A program made the position numbers and the translations under genes. Shown here piece after piece: positions 25,505 through 41,279 of a stretch of 64,000 nt of DNA. The stretch lies in NCBI GenBank assembly GCA_951406725.2, contig OX597826.1, positions 76,322,001 through 76,386,000 on the forward strand, written 5' to 3'. The notes under the pieces are model-generated. The model had not been told where the DNA came from, ran no database searches, and saw only the letters and a list, made by a program, of their open reading frames with translations. Origin of the DNA: Octopus vulgaris. Its lineage: Eukaryota. Position 1 is the stretch's first letter, and each line of letters begins with the position of its first letter.

Positions 25505-25574
25505 TAGGTTTGATGCGCGTATGTGTAGAGTGTATATATATATATATATATAGTACACACAGGTTTGGTGTGCG

Positions 25575-25622
<48 letters not shown>

Positions 25623-25640
25623 ACACAGGTTTGGTGTGCG

Positions 25641-25680
<40 letters not shown>

Positions 25681-25690
25681 ACACAGGCAC
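25505..25690 (+). repeat. Minisatellite: (TA)n-gtacacacaggtttggtgtgcgtatg units
   Basis: Two full units plus two partial units. Confidence 0.85.
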
Positions 25691-27227
25691 GTACACACAT
25701 ACGGGTGTGTAGATTGTCGCCATTTTAAGTCTGTGCTTGATATAATTCACAGTTAATAAAAGAAAACAAACTAAAAGCAAATAATTGATATATCTGTTTC
25801 TAGCGTTCTGGCAGAGAAAGATATCAATAATTTGGTTTTAGAATTGACAGCAGACTGTTGATATCAATTAAATTTTCTCGTCTTTGTTAGAAATAGTTTT
25901 GTACAGGTCTTAATCGAAGGCAATTCTCGTAAAAACTATATAAATAATGAAATCAAGTTTTCTTGCAATAGCTCCTTGCTACCACCCCAGCTAAACAAAG
26001 CTAAACTACAATATTTTATTATGGTAGCTTAAAAGATTATTAACTGCATTGAAGCTCTCTTTTGTAAAAAAAAAACATCACATACCTCTTCTCATTTGAT
26101 TTTTCATTTTCGTTTTTGTAGTTGAAAGATTTACCTGGATTATATAATCGTAGAAAGGTAAAGCAACATATAAACATTACCTGCCATAATTTACTCATGT
26201 ATACTTTAGACCTTTTCGTGAGGTAGGCCACATGAGATATGGTTCATCATCAGGCGGGCCGCGCTCCTAGATAACTCAATGTATTTTTCCGTTAAGTATA
26301 CCATTCAGAATCTCACGGGTTGCGGTTTGCCTACGACTGCCTTAAACGTTATTCATGTTACTTGGACAGAAAACCGACAAAACAGAAATATAGATTGACA
26401 GAATTGTTGGAGATCTAGGCAAGAATACCCTTGTATCTTTCCTTGCCAGGGAGGCATAACTCACAGACTCCTAGGAGTATTGATCACGAAAATAACTGCC
26501 AGTTTGTGCTGGTCTTGATCTAATCGATTACACTCATCGCTCAAATGTGTTTCCATTTGCTTAGAGGAATATCAGTGTTATCATTGTTAGGGTTAGGGTT
26601 AGGATGATTGTTATATGTCTTATGATGGCTGGTCTTGGGAATATACTCATGCCATTGTTGATAATATCAAATAATATTAGAAAGCTAAAACAATTAGAAT
26701 TTATATGTCGTTTTTGGATCTGGTTTGAAATATTCTTTATATGAGTTCGTGTGTTGAAGCATATTGAGTGTCAAAACTATTGAAAAGGTTGCAAGACGCA
26801 ACGAAAATTTTAGGAAAATAAAAAGTGAAAATTTTACCGGTGAGTGTGTTACATTATAAGGCACAAAAAGAGAATGACTCTCGCCAGACACAACAGAATT
26901 AGAACTTAGCTCTGTCGAATTTTGAATTTTGAGGTGCTTATGGAAAACAATAAAATGAATTCTAAATTCCAAAATATAACAAAATATACAATTATTACAT
27001 TAAAATAAACACATTTCTCATTTGCATATTTACAATAAATTTATATTATCAACAACAATATTACCGTTTAGCTATCAATAAATTACTGCTGTGATACAAT
27101 GGTTAATTCCATGCAAGCGTGACATTTTAGCATCGTGCAGCAACCAACAATGAGTGTTGTTAGTTTTGATTGAATGTACCAGTTATTAAAATTAAATTAA
27201 ATTAAATTGAACAAACATCTCACTTAC

Positions 27228-27402
27228 CTTTCTCTTGTTTCAGTCATCTGATTGCAGACATGCTGGAGCACCACCTTGAAGAGTTTCAGTTGAAAAAGTC
27301 GAAGCCAGTACTTATTTCTTTTAAAGCTTAGCACTTATTCAATCGGTCTCCTCTGAGCTGCAAGGCCACGGGAATGTAAACAAAGCAACATCGGTTGTCA
27401 AG
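27228..27402 (-). mobile_element. SINE family B 3' part, diverged
   Basis: cttgtttcagtcat...catgctggagcaccacc...aacatcggttgtcaag. Confidence 0.75.
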
Positions 27403-27730
27403 AGGTGGAGAAAAATATAAACACACACACATTTGTTTATATGTATATCTATTTCTCCCCCACTTTGTTTTTCTTTCTCTCTCTCTCCCTTTTAAAAAAA
27501 CAAACAATATTCTCCTCTTCTAAACAAAGCAAAAAAAAAAAAATGATTCATATAAATGAACAACAAAACGTTCTGTTTTTAACCATTCTGATTTTGATTT
27601 TGTATTGAAGAATTCGAAAACGAAAGAACGCGCTAATAATGGATTATCCAAAATTCAGAGTGCCTCCTTTTTCTCAATATGCAATAACTGTACACGACTT
27701 CAACACATACACACACACACACACACACAC

Positions 27731-27782
<52 letters not shown>

Positions 27783-28063
27783 CATAATGTATATATATGT
27801 ATATACATATATTTGTATGTATATATATATATACATACATACAATATATATGTATATATATACATACACACACATATATATATATGTATATGCATAGATA
27901 AACATAAATATATATGTACATATACGTATAAGCATACATATATTCATACATATATCAACATATATACATAAATATATATACTCATACATGTACATATATA
28001 TGTATATGTATGTATGTATATATATATATATACATACATTTATTCATACATGTATATGTCTGC

Positions 28064-28094
<31 letters not shown>

Positions 28095-28104
28095 TGTATG
28101 TATG

Positions 28105-28141
<37 letters not shown>

Positions 28142-28539
28142 ATATATGTATATATACATATACATGTATATATATATGCATAGATATGTGTATGCAAATA
28201 GGTAATATATTTATGTATATATAACGTAAACACACATACGTATATGATATATATGAATACATATATGCATTCATGTATATATTATGTACACACACACGCA
28301 CACGCACACACACACGTACACATATTCATAAATTATACACGCGCATGCATACCTATACATCAGGCTGTATGTAACAACAAAGAAAAATGTATTAAAACAT
28401 TAAAAAAAAGCAGAAAAGAAAAAGCAAACCAAGTCAAAGTAATACAAAAACAGAGAAGAAACCACGACCCTCCCCACTTAAAAAAAAAATGGAACAAAAA
28501 AACCCTAAGTCAAAAAAAAAAAAAAAAGAAAAAAGAATT

Positions 28540-28770
28540 AAAAACTTGCCGCTTAATAAACAAAGTAGGGTGAGTGTAGCTGATGAAGCCAGGTGTTAAG
28601 CAAATAGCTGAGATACTGATGTGATTTTTCAGTGTTTTCCGCCCCGCTTTCCTGATTAACTTACATGTTAGTCTCTGATGTTTATCAAGCAATTACCAAG
28701 GTGTATTGTCCTGAGGAATCGGAACATTTATTTGCAATCCATCCATTGCTTTCGGCCCCAAAACTCTTTT
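28540..28770. promoter_or_regulatory. Candidate cis-regulatory island
   Basis: Unique block with TAATAAA, AACAAAG (Sox-like), CAGGTG, TGATTAA and TGTTTAT (Fox-like) motifs. Confidence 0.25.
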
Positions 28771-28780
28771 CCTAATTCAT

Positions 28781-28811
<31 letters not shown>

Positions 28812-28905
28812 TCCCGTTTTACATTATTTTGCTACAAATACATATTAATATTTTTAAACAATTTTTCGAGGTGAGGAGAATTTCTTTGACTATTATTATT
28901 ATTAA

Positions 28906-28939
<34 letters not shown>

Positions 28940-29121
28940 GTTGTTGCTGTTGTTATTATTATTATTGTTATTATTATTATTTTTATGTATTTTATAGTTT
29001 TTGTGTATTCTGTTTCTTACCCCAAAATCAGAACAAACAGCACAGACAAAATACGTTCAACCTACATAAAAGCAATATACACGCACACATACACATACAC
29101 ATACGCATATAAGCATATATA

Positions 29122-29205
<84 letters not shown>

Positions 29206-29243
29206 TTACGTAATATGTAGGTATATGTTTGTGTAGTGTTTCT

Positions 29244-29540
<297 letters not shown>

Positions 29541-29560
29541 AGTAGTATATATATATATAA

Positions 29561-29900
29561 GTGAAGGCGCATGGCTCAGTGGTTAGAGCGTCGAGCTTAC
29601 GATCGTGAGGTTGTGAGCTCGAATCCCGGACCGGGCTGCATGTTGTGTTCTTGAGCAAGGCACTTTATTTCACGTTGCTCCAGTTCACTCAGCTGTAGAA
29701 ATGAGTTGCGACGTCACAGGTGCCAAGCTGTATCGACCTTTGTCATTCCCTTGGATAACACTGGTGGCGTGGAGAGGGGAGGCTGGTATGCATGGGCGAC
29801 TGCTGGTCTTCCATAAACAACCTTGCCCGGACTTGTGTCTAGGAGGGTAACTTTCTAGGTGCAATCCCATGGTCATTCATGACCGAAGGGGGTCTTTACC

Positions 29901-29904
<4 letters not shown>
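29561..29904 (+). mobile_element. SINE family D (tRNA-derived)
   Basis: ggcgcatggctcagtggttagagcg A box, gagctcgaatcccgg B box, tgtgttcttgagcaaggcactt central domain, tttaccc tail; single copy here. Confidence 0.85.
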
Positions 29905-29951
<47 letters not shown>

Positions 29952-29969
29952 TATACATATATACATACA

Positions 29970-30004
<35 letters not shown>

Positions 30005-30154
30005 GTGTGTGTATATATATATGTATGTACACATACATGTATACGTGTATACATGTTTAGAGCACTGTGTACGGAATTGTAAAAGCCAGTGTGATTAGTA
30101 TTGCTTATAGTGATTATCAGCACACACAATAAAATCTTCTTTTACCTCCTCATC

Positions 30155-30199
<45 letters not shown>

Positions 30200-31757
30200 A
30201 TAATAATAATAATAATAATAATACAATAATGACAATTGCTTTTCATTGAGGTATAAAGCCTGGGGAAGGGTATCATTTGATACCTTGACAACAAATACGA
30301 GTCCCCAGTGACCAGAGAAATCCCACTGAGTGTTCATACAGACATATTTACAAAAATGTCCCCCAGATTCCAAGTCTTTCAATCTTACCTCTGTTCAGTC
30401 AATACCCCAAACCAAAGAAAAGATATTCAGACAAAAATTATTAACCAAGATTGAATAAACCTTAACAAACTACATTTTCCGACAACTATTCACACAGAAA
30501 CTCCTTCTGCTGCTTGAAATGATGAAGTTATACAACTAACAACCTACACTTTGCGCACAATCATGACTTTTCCTCTTATGACACTAACGTACAAATTTGG
30601 TGGAGAAGAAAATTTGATGCATGCGTACATGGAAACAAACCATTCGAGCTCTGGGCTACATAGAAACAACCCCTGTTCATGCTACCGCCCGACAGTTTAA
30701 ATTTAGGGAGATTTGTTTTGGGATTGACACTAGACATGTTTACTCAACCGTACCAGCCTTAATTTTCCGCGCAAAGAATATAGTCATGTGATCATCCTCT
30801 AATCATGTGATCATCCTCTACCACACTTCACAGATTAAATTCAGATAGCCCAATTGTTTAGGAGACACATTCACTCAACCGTGACAGATTTAGCTTACGG
30901 CGCCAAACATATTGTCACAGTATATTGAAGAGAAGGTTTAGCACTGAAGGTACAAACATTTCTAAGTCTATTCCCATGATTATCCTTGGTCAGTCAAAAG
31001 GTATCCCAGAAAAGATACTAATTTGAACCATGTTCTCGTTATAAAATCAAGAGAAATTTTGAACTCCAATCAGAAGCAAGACAGCTGCAGCTTGGTTTCA
31101 CATCTTTGTATCTCAACTTTTGAAAATCAGAGAAATTTGTGAAACCGGTTGAGTCCAAAAATTTATACATATATATAATCTTGCGTTGAAATATATACAT
31201 TAGTTTCAACAACTAACGTCAGACTATTTTTATCGACAAAAGAAAAGTTAAAGCCAAGTACACACATTGCACCGAATGGATGGAACATGTTAGCTTGGTG
31301 AAAGAAAGAAAAGAAAAAGAAAATACGATTTACTGCATCAAACGCTCGAATTATTTATATTATAATATATATTAGCCAGACAGTAACCTCATTATCAGAA
31401 CGAATGGGAGTACATCGGCAACAAATTAGTGTTTATTTGATTCCATTTATCACTTATTTACAGGTAATAAAATGTTTTAATAGTTTCATTTTCTTAAAGA
31501 TCAGAGAAAAAAACTGAGAATACCAAAGCGGTTCTGAAAGGAAAGTGATATGAATAAAAATACTTCTATTGACTTGAATTTCATTTTGTTGAAAAACTTC
31601 AACAATATTAACAATATTAATTTGGATTTAAAGCTTTATCATATTTAAGACAGGACTGCTGTATGAAACTGAGGCATTATCTCCGGATAAATTCTGCAGT
31701 AACTGGTCTATTAACAGTGTGTGTGTGTATATATATTTATATATATATATGTATATA

Positions 31758-31839
<82 letters not shown>

Positions 31840-31935
31840 TAATCCAAACAAGAAAACCCAGAAAAAAAACACAGCAACGCGAGGACGTGGAACAATTAAA
31901 GTATTATTTGACGCCCAGGAAAGAAGGGAAGGAGG

Positions 31936-31970
31936 GTTTAACGTTTCGAGCGGAGCTCTTCGTCGGAAAC
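31936..31970 (-). ncRNA. Minimal type I hammerhead ribozyme motif (C4 core variant) in a PLE-like terminal repeat (about 31835-32010)
   Basis: Minus strand gttt-CCGACGA-a-gagc-tcc-gctc-GAAA-cg-TT-aaac: stems I and II pair, palindromic AACGTT stem III; abuts (TA)n. Confidence 0.7.
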
Positions 31971-32490
31971 AAAGGAGAAGGAAAGATCCCGAGAAGGGAA
32001 GACAGGAAAAGTTTTAATGAAATACGTCCCCAATTGCGTGTTTCTGTTGAGCCAGGTGGCTATTCGCAACATAGGTCAATGTCCTATTCACTTTTCTTAT
32101 ATTCGAGACAGCGAATTCTCGTCCGTGCCTGCGACCGGCTTCGAGCATATGTCATTGAAATGGATCTAAGGAGTCGAAATACATTTGAAGCCCCCGTTGG
32201 CCTCTACTGAGACAAATCTTCGTCTCCCTCCGATATTTAATGTGTTTTAACGTAGCAAGATCATTAGAAATGTTATCAAAGGACAAATACCGCAATAACT
32301 GACCAATGAACTGTGTATGTGCATTAAGTATGATACATAGATGTCTGTTTTAATCTAATACTTCTGAAATTGTATGAGTATAATTAACAACATGATTTTT
32401 TAAAATTACACAACATACACGTATAGGTTCATAAATACATAGACATCACTCACACTCAAACACAAGCACCTATCTGTCTATCTATCTATA

Positions 32491-32573
<83 letters not shown>

Positions 32574-33004
32574 TTGTCTGTCTGTCTGTCTGTCTGTCTG
32601 TACACCTTTCTCTTTCTTTCTCTCTCTCTCTCTCCACACACACACACATGCATATAAACACATATTTTGTCATCTATCCATAGTAATCGCTATTCTTGGA
32701 AGTTTACATACATTTGCAAATATATACGCTTGTTTGAACGCAGCCATCCTATTTCTGTGCACGCACACGCACATTAATCTCATATTCGAATGCAAATATT
32801 TGTTTATTACTGTATTTCAGTTATGTGTGCATATTCGCATTCAAACACACATACACGCACACACATACTCACGTACGTATGTATATACACACATATATGC
32901 ATTCACTAACATATATGAGTCGGTGTATCTGTACATAGACACGCGTACACACACATATGACTATGCCTATGTATACATATATACATAAATACATATACAT
33001 GTAT

Positions 33005-33035
<31 letters not shown>

Positions 33036-33219
33036 CATACCTACATTTATACATAGACATATATACACATACACATATATATATACACACACGTATATAT
33101 ATACATACACACACACATATATATATATACATATATATATACACACAGATATATATATATATATACATATGAATATATATGCATGTGTGCCCATATATAT
33201 ATACAAATAAATATATATA

Positions 33220-33255
<36 letters not shown>

Positions 33256-33266
33256 TATATATATAC

Positions 33267-33312
<46 letters not shown>

Positions 33313-33389
33313 TCATACAAAGAAATATATATATATATTTACATACTTAGCATTTCCTCGAATGTGCACACATATATTTATTACCTAAT

Positions 33390-33546
33390 TGACATCAGCT
33401 TTTCCATAAATCCTGTGTATGGCCACATAAAATGTCCAGGCCTGCTCAGCATTGATGTAGCCATAAACTCAATCCCCAGGTTAGCTTTGAAATCCTACCA
33501 TGCCACACCCATTTATGGAAAGGTTGCGTGCAGATGTCAGGTGAGT
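33390..33546. promoter_or_regulatory. Island with clustered CATAAA/TTTATG motifs
   Basis: Four posterior-Hox/Cdx-type sites in about 120 bp; the outer two form an 11-bp inverted pair, flanked by TGACATC/GATGTCA. Confidence 0.35.
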
Positions 33547-33810
33547 GAGCGGTAAGAGAGGGCTGTTCTGGTGCTCGCGATGCAAAGATTCTGTAGCCGG
33601 TGCTTGGTCGACCGCCAGCACTTAATATACAGCTATGATACAAAAACCAATATTGTATACGCGGAGGCATCCCAACGCGCACACGAGCACACACACGCAT
33701 TCACACATATACATAAATATACAAACAAGTATATATACGTGTATAATATACACATTGAGATGTATGCATGCATTATATATATATATATATATACATGCAT
33801 AAACACACAC

Positions 33811-33843
<33 letters not shown>

Positions 33844-34030
33844 TATACATGCATAAATACATATATACATATATACATACATATATACATATATACATGT
33901 ATAAATACATCATTCAAATATATATGAGCATGCCTAGATATGCAACTATATGCATGAGAATATATATATAAAACAAAACATACAAATCCGTATATATGCA
34001 TACATACATACATACATACACACATAGACC

Positions 34031-34074
<44 letters not shown>

Positions 34075-34220
34075 CATACATACATACATACATACATACA
34101 TACATACATTAAAAAATATCCTGTTGTTGATTTTGAAATTCCAATGAACGAGCCTTGGATCTAGGTTAGAAACCAGCTCTTTCTCCATTGGCAATACATT
34201 TTGAAATAAAACTGAACAAT

Positions 34221-34302
<82 letters not shown>

Positions 34303-34416
34303 CACACACATACGAACTAAGTAGAGAAGATAGAGACGGAGGGATTTGTATATGTGCAGGGGTGCACACAACAATTGAGCAGCACAATAAACTCTCACGA
34401 TCTATCTATCTATCTC

Positions 34417-34669
<253 letters not shown>

Positions 34670-35334
34670 AGTCACACATATGCACACACACACACACACA
34701 CACTCACACCATATATAATATACCTGTATATATACATAAATAAATTTTATATATAATAACTCTATAAATATGTGAAGCATTCCTTCTCTCTTTGCTGATA
34801 CACGTCCCCACACATATATACACGCATTTATAACGAATAACACAAATACAAGCACACACGCACACATATATGCATAAGTATATACGTATGCGTAGATTTA
34901 TGTGCAAAAATTCAGAGACGAAGAGATGATAAACAACCAGCCTTCCACACATCCCTCATATATATATATGTATTATATATATATATATATTATTGTACTT
35001 GTTTCAGCCATTTGACTGTGTCCATGCTAGAGTACCATATTTATATACATACATACATACATACATACATACATACATACATACATACATACATACATGC
35101 ATGCATGCATACATACATATACACACACACATACATATACATATATATATATATATTTCTACGCACACACACACTTATATATATTTGTATACATATGTAA
35201 ATATATATATACACATACATATATATGCATATATATATATATACATATATGTTGTTATATACATTTAACATACTTACTTATGTACATATATATAAGTATA
35301 TATGTGAAAGTGTGTGTGTGTGTGTGTGTATATA

Positions 35335-35364
<30 letters not shown>

Positions 35365-35367
<3 letters not shown>

Positions 35368-36036
35368 CAAATATAAATTAGAGATAAAACCACTATTATG
35401 TAACTCAAACAGTGATAGACATAAACCAAAACATAAATAAGAAATAATATATATTTTTATAAAAAAAATAACTTATAACTAGATCTCAAAAAGTTTAAAA
35501 ATGAATGATCAATATATAATATAATAAGTAAAAAAAAAACTACGTACATCTCATGGCTATAATTAAATTCGAATTACAATTAATTTTTAATTCAATTGAA
35601 ATAAATTCGATTTAAAATTATAGTCAATCGTCAGGTTAATGATAATAGTTAAATAAATAAGCAGAGTTAAACAATATTTAGTTAAAAAATAAATAAAATA
35701 ATAGTTTTTCTTAATTTTTCTTACTTATTATTTTATATATTGATAATTTATTTTTATACTGTTTGAGATCTAGTAATAAGTTATGTTTTATAAAAATATA
35801 TTTTACTTGTTATTTATGTGTTGGTTTATGTCTTTCACTGTTTGAGTTGCATAATAGTGGTTTTATCTGTAATTTATATTTTATATATTTATACTGTGAA
35901 ATTTGATTTAATACTAAATTGAATTTCTCCCTGTAAGTTTGGAGTTATACTCCCTAGGGTATGATTAGTATAATTTTGGTAGTAATGACTTTGTCCCTCT
36001 TAGTGTGAGGCATTTATGTGTAATAATGCCCTCTAT

Positions 36037-36040
<4 letters not shown>
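35365..36040. mobile_element. (TA)n-embedded fold-back element, arms about 35365-35540 / 35705-35890, with a degenerate hammerhead at 35538-35637(-)
   Basis: gataaaaccactattatg.aactcaaacagtga.agacataaacc mirrored; minus strand aac-CTGACGA-long hairpin-GAGA-tgtacg-TA-gtt. Confidence 0.75.
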
Positions 36041-36075
<35 letters not shown>

Positions 36076-38139
36076 ATTCATATATATATATATATTCATA
36101 CATATATGTATGTGTGTGCGTATAAGTGTATATGTGAAAGTGTATACATGTATATATGTATTATTTATATATATTTACATACACTGCAGACAAGCATGTC
36201 CGCGCGCACACACAGACACACATACATAATATATATATGTATAGTAATGCAAACTGGTTATTTAATAGGCATTGTTGCAGAAAGTTCCACAAGTTTTTGG
36301 TAATAATGTACTTAACGCATAACAGAAATGGTGGTAGAAGCCAGATGATATTTCTCCTTCTATCGTAATTTGAGACGACGAAATTGGAGAAAGATTTTCT
36401 CAGTACTTTGTTACAGTAGTTGGGGTCATCTTACCAAAAATTACCTTATTAGACTGAAATTAGATATCTTTTTTCCCAATATCATTAATTAGCTTGAGAG
36501 CCTTGCGTGCGTCTGTTCGGTTGAGAAATGGTTTATGTAAGTTTAAATTGAAATTGTGGGTAACATCTTAGAAATTGCAATGGGTGTTTTTGGGCCCAAA
36601 ATAGCGAAGTAGCAAAATCTTTTGTTAATGTCTCTAAATTTCATCTGTTGAGGTATTGGAATATAGTCCCCACCCCCATCATCTCTTTGTAGGCCGATGG
36701 CTATTGTAAACTTCTTATTTGGTGCATTTGGATAATATAATCACATTTGACCACAAAACATCGAGTCGAATTTTCTGACAAAAGCGGAATCTGTATCGTT
36801 TCGAAAATCTCAATATATTTCATAATTTTGTCCTCAAATTAATTTTTTCTTTCCATACTTCATTTATCATTTAAATTTTTTTATCCGTTAAGATTTGTAT
36901 CCCTAACAATATTCATATCCCGGCATGTAAATATCAGGAAGTTTGCATATATTACAAATGTTCTGGCTCGAGCTGGCTATGTATATTGTTTAAAGAATGA
37001 TTTATCTAAACAATGATGCCTATTTTATAACATTTTATTATGTATATTTTCTTTTTTATATATCCTCATCATCGTTATGCTTAATTTTTTCAAATTTTGT
37101 TAGTTTAACTCGTACTTCTCACATGCTGGATATATTAAATGACTCTAACTGCTCTTACTGTCCTTCTCTGCTTTATTGATCACCCTCTACCTCTGCTTCC
37201 ATTCGAATGGAAATAAACTTTGAAGGTTGTTGATGTGGACCTTTTGAATGATGTACGCTAATAGCATTCTCTCAACCACAGACCCCTTTCTTCATTTTCA
37301 TCTTCTACTCTGGCTTCTCAGATTTCTTTTCGAGCCTAACTTTTTCAAAGAAGGCACCAATAGTTTTGGCAACGTTTCACAGTTTTTCACCATTTGTTCA
37401 TTAACTATTGTTCAGTGCAGATTTGCTTTGCGTTAACTTGATTTACTCTGTTCCAGCCACTAAGTCTTAATTTCGTGCTTTGATTCCATTGTATTAGGCA
37501 ACGTATTTGATGTTGCTAACGCCTCAGAGCTAGCGGTCTACTTTTATGCGTTAAAATTGCAATAACCCCGAGACAGACAGCCGATGAAGAGTATCTTTTT
37601 GTTGATCCGCCACATAACATTTTTTTATGCTTAGTGCATAATTTCTGATACATGCATGCATACATACATACATACATACATACATACATACATACATACA
37701 TACATACATACAAACATGTACAGCAAATCAGCATACTTTCAGAGCAATCAATATCCATAGATTTTAACTCTATGAAATTACTGTTGTTGCTGTTCCAGTA
37801 ACAGTAAAAACCATTGAGCTGATAAACCTTCCGAAGAAAAAGACTTATGGCCTTGAGGACACAAATAGACAAGAGAGATGGTGAACTACGGACAAAAACA
37901 TGTAGCAACTCAATGAAAACAACTCATACTATAGACGCGTTAGTATTTCGGCTGAGCACAGAAAACAACATAGTCATCGTGTGCAAGCATGGAAAAAGTT
38001 AGAAACCAGACTTCCGCCATATTACAAAGGTAAAGGAAGGAGAGAAATTGAAGAATGTGCAACCTGAAAGTAATCCGCAATTATAAAAGATAGAAGGAAG
38101 GCAAATAATTGATATTTTCCTATACCTCAGAATATATGT

Positions 38140-38220
<81 letters not shown>

Positions 38221-38431
38221 ATATATGTATGTATGTATAAAGTTAAATTTTTTAATATATAAGTATATATACGTGTATATACATATGTATATATAACAGT
38301 ATACATTTATATACTTTTTTTTAAATGCATAAGTCTATATGTATGCCTACCTACGTACTTACATACCAACACACATGCAGATATATAAGTACATGAATCA
38401 TGCATATATACGTATATTTTATGCATATGTA

Positions 38432-38485
<54 letters not shown>

Positions 38486-38487
38486 CA

Positions 38488-38521
<34 letters not shown>

Positions 38522-38654
38522 GAATTTATATCTATATCAGTAGGTATACACGTACTATATATATATATATATATACATATATATATACATGAATAATGCA
38601 TATATACGTATATTTTATGCATGTGTATATATGTATATATATATACCTATACAT

Positions 38655-38685
<31 letters not shown>

Positions 38686-38689
38686 ATAC

Positions 38690-38722
<33 letters not shown>

Positions 38723-38756
38723 TCTAGGTATACACATACTATATATATATATACTT

Positions 38757-38801
<45 letters not shown>

Positions 38802-39207
38802 TTCATAGAAGCATACATACACTTTAACACGCACATATAAGTATATACACGCATAGAGGCAGAGAAAAACAACGATGCCATTTTAATTTGGGTCTGTAGC
38901 TGCACTTAAAGGTAGTCTTTTTGAAGAGTTTATATAATTATCGCTGATCTCTTTCGTAATATATATATATATATATACAACCGTGAGAAGAAGACCGAAA
39001 GTCGTGAATGTTTTATTGTGATAAAACTGTTGATAAAAGACAAAAAGCTAACTTCCAAGCGAACAAAACTAATTAAAGTGAAGTCGGTGAAAACGCTTTT
39101 TCGGCTTTACTGCTTGTTGACTGACGAGATGAGTCTGTTAAATAATTCCCAGTGTTTTCCACGGCAATCGCAGCGCATGCGCACACCGACACGCGGACAA
39201 TCGCACA

Positions 39208-39244
<37 letters not shown>

Positions 39245-39287
39245 GCATATCTATGTATTTACATATCTTGTATGTGTGTATGCACGC

Positions 39288-39318
<31 letters not shown>

Positions 39319-39322
39319 CATA

Positions 39323-39368
<46 letters not shown>

Positions 39369-39392
39369 TATATATGTATATATATGCTTATA

Positions 39393-39442
<50 letters not shown>

Positions 39443-39784
39443 TGTATGTCTATATATGTATATATATATATGTATGCATAGGCATTCATTCTTATGTATA
39501 TATTTGCTTTATATTTTGTTCACACCTAAACACACACACACACACACGCACACACTCACACACATACACACACACACACACACGCACACACGCACACACG
39601 CACACACACACACACACACACTTAGTTTTTGCACATGCAAAAATTTTCCCTCTCTCTTTCTGTCTCTTTCGATAAACGATGATGCTTGCATGTGTGAATA
39701 CGTATGAGTCTCTCCACGCAAAAACTATTATTGTTTTAATTACGGTGCCGATTCTATGTACACATACGTTCGGTGGCAGTGATG

Positions 39785-39808
39785 CATGTGTGTATGTATG
39801 TTTGTGTG

Positions 39809-39842
<34 letters not shown>

Positions 39843-40410
39843 TGTGTGTATGTATGTGTGTATGTGTGTATGTATGTATGTATGTATGTATGTGTGTATG
39901 TGTGTATGTGTGTATGTATGTATGTATGCATGCGTGTATGTATGTGTGTATGTGTGTATGTATGTATGTATGTATGTATGTATGTATGTATGTGTGTGTG
40001 TATGTGTGTATGTATGTATGCATGTATGTATGTATGTATGTATGCATGCGTGTATGTATGTGTGTATGTGTGTATGTATGTATGTATGCATGTATGTGTG
40101 TATGTATGTATGTATGTATGCATGTAGGTATGTGTGAATGTATGTATGTATGTATGTGTGTATGTATGTTTGTATATGTGTGTGTATGTATGTATGTATG
40201 TATGTGTGTATGTATGTATATATGTACGTGTGTGTATGTATGTATGTGTGTGTATATGTATTTATGTATGTATGTATGCATGTGTGTGTATGTATGTGTG
40301 TGTATGTATGTATGTGTGTGTATGCAAGTATATGTGTGTGTGTGTATGTATGTATGCATTATGTATGTATGTAAGTATTTATACACACACATATGTATGT
40401 ATATGAACAT
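39785..40410 (+). repeat. (TGTA)n/(TG)n microsatellite
   Basis: Direct inspection. Confidence 0.95.
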
Positions 40411-40682
40411 GTGCACACAGGAATGGATACATGTTTATACGCGTCTAGATATTTCTTTCTGTAGGTGTATATCTGACTTCACATCTGATATATGTGTACA
40501 TGTGTGTTTATATATGCATATATACATTTATATATATATATATATATATATGTGTGTGAGTGTGTGTGAGTGTGTGTGAGTGTGTACGCGCATGTTTATG
40601 CGTAGCTGTAAATGTTAAGAAGTGATCACTGATATATGTAAAGAGGAACATAGAGGCACACACATTCGCAAATGCACGTCTT

Positions 40683-40749
<67 letters not shown>

Positions 40750-40891
40750 ACACGCGCGCGCGTAACGGGCTCTGATGAACATATCTTTATACTTCCTTGT
40801 ATGTCTGGGCACATACATCATTATCATTGCGATCTCAATAATATTAGCGCCAATACATACACACGAACGAAAACAAAAAGGCAAATGCATT

Positions 40892-40926
<35 letters not shown>

Positions 40927-40978
40927 CACACACATACATACATACATATATACAAACATACATACATACATACATACA

Positions 40979-41041
<63 letters not shown>

Positions 41042-41279
41042 CTCTTTCACTTATTTCAGATTCAAAGCTGCGGTCATGATCGGACACATATATATTATAT
41101 ACGTACGTACATATGTATATATGTGTGTGTATCTATGTAAGTATATATATATATGTTTGTGTGTGTGTATTTGTCACCCATCACCGCCAAACAAACGTTG
41201 TTGGTTTGTTTACCTCGTCGTAAAGAATTACTAGTCACGATTTCTCCGATTAAATCCTGCAAGGCTATATATATATATA

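Noticed and set aside
25505-25690. Repeat-spacer pattern resembling a CRISPR array
   Set aside because: The spacers are just (TA)n, the context is eukaryotic and there are no cas genes.
26587-26603. ttagggttagggttagg telomere-like motif
   Set aside because: Fewer than three units; too short to call an interstitial telomere.
30785-30820. 19-bp tandem duplication tcatgtgatcatcctcta
   Set aside because: Ordinary slippage duplication in unassigned sequence.
37740-38130. Purine-rich stretch that may be a LINE remnant
   Set aside because: No diagnostic motif recovered by manual translation.
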